Shown here: positions 43,896 to 49,852 of the stretch, in pieces
Layout of the letters: each line of letters begins with the position of its first letter
Numbering within the stretch: position 1 is the first letter of the stretch
Origin: Candidatus Micrarchaeota archaeon
Lineage (GTDB): Archaea > Micrarchaeota > Micrarchaeia > Anstonellales > Bilamarchaeaceae
Reading direction: 5' to 3'
Assembly: GCA_013425425.1 (NCBI GenBank)
Contig: JACCLJ010000053.1
Location: 1-49,852, forward strand
DNA length: 49,852 nt
The notes under the pieces: model-generated
Seen by the model: only the letters and a program-made list of their open reading frames with translations
Database searches by the model: none
What the model was told of the DNA's origin: nothing
Translations under genes and position numbers: made by a program

Positions 43896-46613
43896 CCTGA
43901 ACAGCGATGCCTTCTTTACCTTGCCGGACGCGATCCTGTCGCTTCCGCCGCCGTTTCCGCCCAATTCCGCTATCGCCCTGGCCATCATGTCCTTTGCCTT
44001 ATACTGCGATTTGGCGCCGCAGACGCATACCGCGTCGCCCTGCTTGTTGATTATGCATGCTGCGCATTTTTCCTCTTTCCCGAGTTCCTGCGCGAGTTTC
44101 CTCAGAAGCTGGATATCGACGTCCACTATCTTCACGACCGGCTTTCCGGCCATGCATTCCATGGCAATGCTCTTCGCCTCGCTGGACATGACCAATTCGC
44201 CCAGCTCCTCCATCTTCTTTCTCTGCTGCTTCCATTCCGTGAAGAATCTTTCCACGCTCCTGACGAGCTCGGAATCGGAAACGCTCAGGGCGCCTGCAGC
44301 ATCCCGGATCATCCTGTCCCTCTCCTGCATATATTCCATAGCGACGTTGCCCGCCTTAAGCGTCAGCCTCTCAACGCCGTCCTGCACGCTTTCCCTCTTG
44401 ACGATTTTGAATGCGCCGATCTCGCCCGTGCTCCTTATCATGTGGTGCGTTCCGCCGCATGCCTCATGGTCGATGTCCCCCATGCTTACTATGCGGAGTT
44501 CCTTTCCCGGCACGACGCCGCCCTGGTAAAGCCTGAAGCCGTACTTCCCCTCCGCCTTGTTCCTTGGAAGGACTTCTATTTTTATCGGCATGTTCCTCAT
44601 TACGTATTCGTTGACCTTTTTCTCTATCCTTTCTATCTCCTCATTCGTTATTCGCCTGTAATGCGTGACATCCAGCTGGCCCTTGTGCTCGTCCTTGTAT
44701 GCGCCAGCCTGCCAGATGTGCTGCCCGAGGATCTCCCTGCACGCCGCATTGAGAAGATGAACGCATGTGTGGTGCCTCGTTATCGTTTTCCTCCTTTCCA
44801 TGTCCACATCGCATTTCACGTCCGCCCCCTTCCTGAATTTGGATGCATCCTTTACCTCGTGCAGGACGACGCCCGCAGCCTTCGACACATGGACGACCGG
44901 AACGCCGTTTATCGTTCCGCTGTCCGCAACCTGGCCTCCGCCTTCCGGATAGAACGCGCTGCTGTCGAGAACCACGTACCTGTCCTTTACGACCCCCAGA
45001 ACCTTCGCACCAAATTTTCCTGTTTCCTCATAATAAAGGAGCTTTGTCTTCGGGAATTCCGGAAGCTCTGAAACCAGCACTTTTTTCTTTTCCTCCTCCT
45101 TCCTGGTTTCTCCCTCCCCTGCCCTAACGAGCTCGTAGAAATTGCCCGGCATCTTCACCGAAACGCCGTTTTCCCTTGCAACCTCTATTATATATTCCGG
45201 GGGAATGCCATTGCTTTTATACATGACTATGAGTTCATCGCTGCCCACCGCACCTGCCGATTCCCTCTCCTTTTTGCTGACGGCGCCCATGTCCTTCTTG
45301 GCCCTGCTCACGAGGCCGGCGACTATGGTCCGCGCCTTTTCCTTTGTCGCGGCATATTTTTTCTTCTCCTCTTCCACGATGTCAATGGTGGTTCCGACAC
45401 CCTCCTTCAGATGCGGGAATATATAGTTCAGGTGCTCCGCATGGCCGTTTATTATTTCAGCATAATCCATTTCCAGCCCGTGCCTTTCTGAGAATCCGAA
45501 AACCCTCCTGAGAATCATCCTGAGATTATATCCGCCGCCTGAATTGCTCGGAAGCATGCCGTCCGTGACGGTGAAAAGCAGGGTGCAAAGATGGTCGGCG
45601 CTCGCATAAAGGGCCTGCAGCGGCTCCAGCGTTCCGAACAGCTCCTCCTTCGCCATGCCCAGCGATTTGGCAACGCGCTCCTTCTCGATCTCTATATCCT
45701 CCACCTCGTCTATATTCAGGCTCCCCGCTATCTTCGAGAATTTAAGCATGAGTTTCGGGTCGATTTCGATGCCGGCCTTTTTCTTCATCCTCTTTATGAC
45801 GTCGCCGAATACCGCATCATAGCTCATGAGGTCGCCGGACGTTATCCACGACAGCCTGCTCAGGCCGGCGCCCATGTCTATGACCTTGGTTTTGAGTTCC
45901 CTGTTTCCCGAAGGCGTGACTTCGTATTGCATGAAAACGCAGTTGCCAAGCTCAAGCCCGCGGACGAAATATTCCATCGAGGGGCCGAAATTCCCCCCGC
46001 CTGCCCAGACGTCCTCCTGGAAGACTATCTCCTTTTCAGGGATGCCCAGGGCCTTCAGGTAGCTCAGGTCGTGCTCTATCGCCTCGTTTTTCCAGTAGAA
46101 TAATCCGGTCTTTTTAGTGTTGAAGGAATGCTGCCCTATCATGACGAAATTCGTATAATGCGAACCGGTCACGCCGACATTGGCAAGGTCGGGAAAGCGT
46201 ATGCACGGCTGGGGGACTATCAGCGGGTTATGGGGCGGCTCGAGCTCGCCGTTGACGACATACGGCTGGAAATCGTTTATGCTCGCTATCGTGAAATACA
46301 AATCGTCCCTCCATCTCGCAACCGTCGGATACGGCTTAACGTATCCATGGCCGTTGGAGGTGAAATACTTCTCTATGAGCTTCCACGTGTCTATATAGCC
46401 GAGCTTTTTCTTTACGGGAGTATCCCCTATGAACTGGAAGCCTATGCATCCGGCATCCGCGCAGAGTTGCCGCGGTTCGATACTCCAGAACATCCTCCCG
46501 CATTTGCCGCACTTCTGCCTTTTGTAGCCCCTGCTGACAAGCGCTTCGAGCAGGTAGTGCTTTTTCCAGTCTTCGGAGAATTTCTTCCTGAGCTCTTTCT
46601 TATCGACATCCAT
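43890..46613 (-). CDS. alaS: Alanyl-tRNA synthetase, archaeal type
   Basis: VARWRDDLYFTIASI, QPCIRF, WAGGGNFGP, ELGNCVFMQY, FYPEGGGQ, HHTCVH, EACGGTH, GGGS. Confidence 0.96.
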   Translation of the reverse strand: MDVDKKELRKKFSEDWKKHYLLEALVSRGYKRQKCGKCGRMFWSIEPRQLCADAGCIGFQFIGDTPVKKKLGYIDTWKLIEKYFTSNGHGYVKPYPTVARWRDDLYFTIASINDFQPYVVNGELEPPHNPLIVPQPCIRFPDLANVGVTGSHYTNFVMIGQHSFNTKKTGLFYWKNEAIEHDLSYLKALGIPEKEIVFQEDVWAGGGNFGPSMEYFVRGLELGNCVFMQYEVTPSGNRELKTKVIDMGAGLSRLSWITSGDLMSYDAVFGDVIKRMKKKAGIEIDPKLMLKFSKIAGSLNIDEVEDIEIEKERVAKSLGMAKEELFGTLEPLQALYASADHLCTLLFTVTDGMLPSNSGGGYNLRMILRRVFGFSERHGLEMDYAEIINGHAEHLNYIFPHLKEGVGTTIDIVEEEKKKYAATKEKARTIVAGLVSRAKKDMGAVSKKERESAGAVGSDELIVMYKSNGIPPEYIIEVARENGVSVKMPGNFYELVRAGEGETRKEEEKKKVLVSELPEFPKTKLLYYEETGKFGAKVLGVVKDRYVVLDSSAFYPEGGGQVADSGTINGVPVVHVSKAAGVVLHEVKDASKFRKGADVKCDVDMERRKTITRHHTCVHLLNAACREILGQHIWQAGAYKDEHKGQLDVTHYRRITNEEIERIEKKVNEYVMRNMPIKIEVLPRNKAEGKYGFRLYQGGVVPGKELRIVSMGDIDHEACGGTHHMIRSTGEIGAFKIVKRESVQDGVERLTLKAGNVAMEYMQERDRMIRDAAGALSVSDSELVRSVERFFTEWKQQRKKMEELGELVMSSEAKSIAMECMAGKPVVKIVDVDIQLLRKLAQELGKEEKCAACIINKQGDAVCVCGAKSQYKAKDMMARAIAELGGNGGGSDRIASGKVKKASLFRL

Positions 46614-46622
46614 TGTGATTCC

Positions 46623-47111
46623 TCATCCCTTTCGTGCACTCGCCCATGCAGGCACCATGCCCGACATCACTATCGTTCTTGCCGATTCTATGAAAACCTC
46701 TGCGAGCGACAGGGCCTTCCTTGCCCCCAGTTCGGCCTCCATCTCTTTTTTCCTGCCAAGCCCGAGTGCCTCCGCAATGCGCGCTATCGCCCCCCTGTTT
46801 TCCGGAGAGTCCATATCCACGCTCTTCCATTCCCTGACGAGCTGGGCCCTTCCGTACTTCTTTTCCATGAACCCGTAGGCGCCTTCCGGGGTATTCGCAA
46901 CATATCCGTCATTGTACATTATGGCCGCGGCGGCCATCATTATGGCGTTTTTAGAATCGCCATAGGCGTCTTCATATCTTTTTTCGCCTATCTCGCTTTT
47001 TGCCGCCTCCAGCAGGTTAAGCGCGGCTTCCAGTGCGAAAACGGCCTGCGACGGTTCAGGGGTTATCCTGATGGTGCCGATTATTGTTTGTTCCGTGCTC
47101 TCAGCAGGCAT
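46623..47111 (-). CDS. HEPN-like (UPF0332-type) helical protein
   Basis: LEAAKSEIGEKRYEDAYGDSKNAIMMAAAAIM..DG and ARKALSLAEVFIESA helix pattern. Confidence 0.6.
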   Translation of the reverse strand: MPAESTEQTIIGTIRITPEPSQAVFALEAALNLLEAAKSEIGEKRYEDAYGDSKNAIMMAAAAIMYNDGYVANTPEGAYGFMEKKYGRAQLVREWKSVDMDSPENRGAIARIAEALGLGRKKEMEAELGARKALSLAEVFIESARTIVMSGMVPAWASARKG

Positions 47112-47172
47112 GAAGAGCTTTTCAACGATAACGCTTTTAACTGCTTTTATGCTTTTTCGGCCCTGTCTTTTC

Positions 47173-47442
47173 CTACTCGCGTATCGCTTTGAGAATCTGA
47201 TAAAACCTGCTTCCTATGGGCGTCTGGCATTCTGCGAGCTTGTCCGCATTCGCAGCGATTTTGAGGTGCATGTCCGCGTCGCCTGGCTTGAAATACGCCG
47301 ATTCGGATTTCCTTGCCGCGTTCTCGGCCATTCTTGACAGCGTTTCAACAGGGTGGTAAGCCGGTTTTTCAATCCTTTCCGGAAGCTCCACTTCCTTCGC
47401 CGGTTTTTCGTATTTTTTCTCCGCGATTAAGCCCTCTTTCAT
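47173..47442 (-). CDS. Small hypothetical protein
   Basis: GTGGT RBS before MKEGLIAEKK; TTTATAAA near 47489. Confidence 0.5.
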   Translation of the reverse strand: MKEGLIAEKKYEKPAKEVELPERIEKPAYHPVETLSRMAENAARKSESAYFKPGDADMHLKIAANADKLAECQTPIGSRFYQILKAIRE

Positions 47443-47519
47443 ACTACCACATCTTTCCACTTACGATAATATAATATGGAGAGAACTCTTTATAAACCTA
47501 CCTACGGCTATTTATCGTC

Positions 47520-48023
47520 ATGGGGGAGTTCGAGAGGGCCAGAAATCTCATATCCGCCGGGAAATACGACGAAGCCGGCAGGCTGCTTAACCGCCTTATA
47601 AGCGAGGACAGGGAAAACGACCGGCTGTGGTACCTCCTGGCAATCCTCGCCGTCAAGCTCAAAAACCACGAAACCGCGCAGGAATATCTTGAACGGGCGG
47701 TTTCTCTAAGCAAAAAGCCCGAATACCTCTGGCTGCGCGGCATGGCCTACATGGAGCTTCTCGAAATAGACGAGGCAATACGGGCGTTCAGGGAGCTTCT
47801 GGAAGTCAATCCAAGCAGCGTGGAAGGGAATTTTTTCCTTGCGGTGTGCTACCTCCTTGTAGACGACCCCCAGAGCGAGCGTTTCATGAAAAAAGCGTAT
47901 TCGCTGGACAAAAAGAAGACAAGGCAGCTTCTGGGCAATTTTTTCGAGGCTTTCGTCAGCAAATCCCCGGAAACGAGGCGCACCCTGAAGGCGAAGATAG
48001 AAAAAGAACTCGCTTCCCTCTGA
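47520..48023 (+). CDS. TPR-repeat protein
   Basis: Repeated TPR helices (LWYLLA..., YLWLRGMAY...EAIRAFRELLEVNP). Confidence 0.85.
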   Translation: MGEFERARNLISAGKYDEAGRLLNRLISEDRENDRLWYLLAILAVKLKNHETAQEYLERAVSLSKKPEYLWLRGMAYMELLEIDEAIRAFRELLEVNPSSVEGNFFLAVCYLLVDDPQSERFMKKAYSLDKKKTRQLLGNFFEAFVSKSPETRRTLKAKIEKELASL

Positions 48024-48926
48024 TCAGGAAATCCGTTTCCTCATCCTCTCAAGCCACACCTTCTCGCGTATCCTTCTTATCGGTATACCCTCGGCAATCT
48101 CCTTCATCGGGTCCTTTTTTCCCAGGGACCATCCCTTGCTCTTTTTCAATGCGGAAACGAAATCCGGGTTCGTAAGAAGGATGTGCTTTATCATCTTTTC
48201 GGCATGGCTCTTCTCGCTCCCGAGCGCCTCAAGATTCTTCTTCGCGGAATATTCCGCGGAAGTCCCGCGCCCCTTCGCCGCTTCGTATGCCTTCGTCTTT
48301 TCAACCACCGCAAGCTCGAGCATCCTCTTTTTTCCGAGAAGCGCGTTCAGCGGCCCTGCGGCAAGCTGGCTGTTTATCAGCACCATCCATCCCTTTTTCC
48401 TCTTCTCCGCATCCGCGCGCCCGACTATCTCCTCCGCCTCTTCCTTGTCGACCGTGCCCTTTACCGCATCCTTCAATATCGTGTAGGTGGCGCCGAGCTG
48501 TTTCCCGCTTATCGTTCCCGTCCACCTGTGCAGGAATTTTTTTGCATCCCTGAGCTGCCTCCTCTCCATGCGTATGATGTTCAGTTTTTCCCGGGCTTCC
48601 TTGTCGCCCAGCTGCTTCAGATTCTCGAAAAGAAATGATTTTTTCCTCATTATCGCGCCTATGCTTTCGTCCTCCATGAAAATTTCCAGAAGCTCGGGAA
48701 AATATTTCTTCAGGTGCCTCAGCTCATCCACATTTTCGTAAAGCGTCTCGACGATTTCCGTTTTTTTCCTGCGTATCCCGCTCCTGACCTGCTCCATTTC
48801 CTCCCTTATCTGCTTGTCGTACACCTCGCGGTATTCCCTGCTCAGCTCCCGCAGCCTCTTTTTTTTCTGCGAGAGGAACGCGGCGGATTCCTCAAGATAC
48901 TCGACGAGCAGTGGGTCTTCCGGCAT
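48024..48926 (-). CDS. Hypothetical basic coiled-coil protein
   Basis: 300-aa K/R/E-rich ORF starting 1 nt after the nfo stop. Confidence 0.7.
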   Translation of the reverse strand: MPEDPLLVEYLEESAAFLSQKKKRLRELSREYREVYDKQIREEMEQVRSGIRRKKTEIVETLYENVDELRHLKKYFPELLEIFMEDESIGAIMRKKSFLFENLKQLGDKEAREKLNIIRMERRQLRDAKKFLHRWTGTISGKQLGATYTILKDAVKGTVDKEEAEEIVGRADAEKRKKGWMVLINSQLAAGPLNALLGKKRMLELAVVEKTKAYEAAKGRGTSAEYSAKKNLEALGSEKSHAEKMIKHILLTNPDFVSALKKSKGWSLGKKDPMKEIAEGIPIRRIREKVWLERMRKRIS

Positions 48927-48927
48927 C

Positions 48928-49770
48928 TCAAGGCCTCTTTTTCAGCAATGCGCGGTACTCCGCCTGCATCTTCAATGCGTCCAGGTCAAGCTTCGGGCTC
49001 TCGCATATTATCACGCCGGAATAGCCGTTTTCCGCAAGCACTTTCATCAGCGGCTTGAACGGCGGGACGTTTTTCGTTCCGAGCGGGATGTGGTTCCTCT
49101 CCCCCTTCCCGGTGTATTCTATCTCCGAAAAATGCGAATGGAAATGCTTCACATAATCGCCAAGCTGCTTCTCAAGCTTCGTAAAAATCACGCGATAATC
49201 GTTCTCACCCTTCAGCACGGCGTCCCCCCGCGCGTGCATGTGCGCGAAATCTATCACCGGCTCGACGAAATCCAGCTCCTGCGAAAGGCGTATCACTTCG
49301 TCGAATCCACCGAACTGGGAGCGCTTCCCGACGGTTTCCGCGCCGAGCGCGATTTTTATCCCCTCGCCGTGTATCTTCTCCCACGCACCCCGCAGGCTTC
49401 TCTTCGCAATCTCGTACGCCTCCTCTTTCGTCAGCTTCTGGTAATATCCCGGATGGAAAACCGTTATGCGCCCGCCTGCGGCATGGGTTATCTTCGCCGC
49501 TTCATAAATATTCCTCAGGGTGGTATCCTGCTTCTCCTTTATGACCGAGCAGAAATTCACAAAATATGGTGCGTGCGACGAGAGCGAGATGTCAAGCTTT
49601 TCGGCAACCTTGCCTATCTCAACGGCGTTCTTTGCCTTTAGCTTTACCCCCTGCACGAATTCCATTTCCATCGCTTCAAGGCCGAGCTCCCTGCAGCATT
49701 GCACGCCCTCAAGCGTGCTGTTTCCCTTGCATTGTATCGGTATTCCGGCAGGCCCGAATCTAATATTCAT
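48928..49770 (-). CDS. nfo: Endonuclease IV / AP endonuclease family 2 (archaeal type)
   Basis: FGPAGIP, MEMEFV, HAPYFVN, FHPGYY, ETVGKRSQFG, IDFAHMHAR, HFSEIEY, GERNH, ICESP. Confidence 0.9.
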   Translation of the reverse strand: MNIRFGPAGIPIQCKGNSTLEGVQCCRELGLEAMEMEFVQGVKLKAKNAVEIGKVAEKLDISLSSHAPYFVNFCSVIKEKQDTTLRNIYEAAKITHAAGGRITVFHPGYYQKLTKEEAYEIAKRSLRGAWEKIHGEGIKIALGAETVGKRSQFGGFDEVIRLSQELDFVEPVIDFAHMHARGDAVLKGENDYRVIFTKLEKQLGDYVKHFHSHFSEIEYTGKGERNHIPLGTKNVPPFKPLMKVLAENGYSGVIICESPKLDLDALKMQAEYRALLKKRP

Positions 49771-49852
49771 GATAAGAAAAGGAAAACAAAAGATAAAAGA
49801 ATATTGTTTTGCAGTCCTGCGAGCATATCTGCTTAGTTCACACGTAGGTCGG

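Noticed and set aside
49800..49852. Possible 3' end of a minus-strand gene at the window edge (...PTYV*)
   Set aside because: Too short to support a call

Overview
Gene-dense chromosomal segment from an archaeon. Evidence: class I LysRS, PurP, Taw1, DTD2, proteasome beta next to aCPSF1, thermosome, archaeal AlaRS, TATA-box promoters and GGTG-type RBSs. Compact organisation, many orphan exported proteins and multi-intron tRNAs suggest a DPANN lineage, probably Micrarchaeota-like (inference). Housekeeping genes flank an accessory block (~14.4-31.3 kb) of exported or orphan proteins with an AT-richer patch. No rRNA, CRISPR array, transposase or integrase was seen. Main observations: (1) a tRNA-Ser(CGA) gene reconstructed by hand into five exons and FOUR introns, each with a BHB-type motif, with the anticodon on a 7-nt micro-exon; (2) a subtilisin/beta-propeller lipoprotein directly preceded by a gene for a stand-alone, doubly membrane-anchored copy of its own propeptide (candidate protease plus cognate inhibitor); (3) an intact, full-length glutamine-synthetase-fold gene that lacks nearly all catalytic residues. 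Also noted: a 25-aa Lys-rich/CCCC microprotein missing from the ORF track, a four-hairpin intergenic element, a copper-ligand-less cupredoxin, and a caspase-fold-like protein and a PP2C protein sharing an identical 20-bp promoter core. All calls are by eye; no database searches were run.
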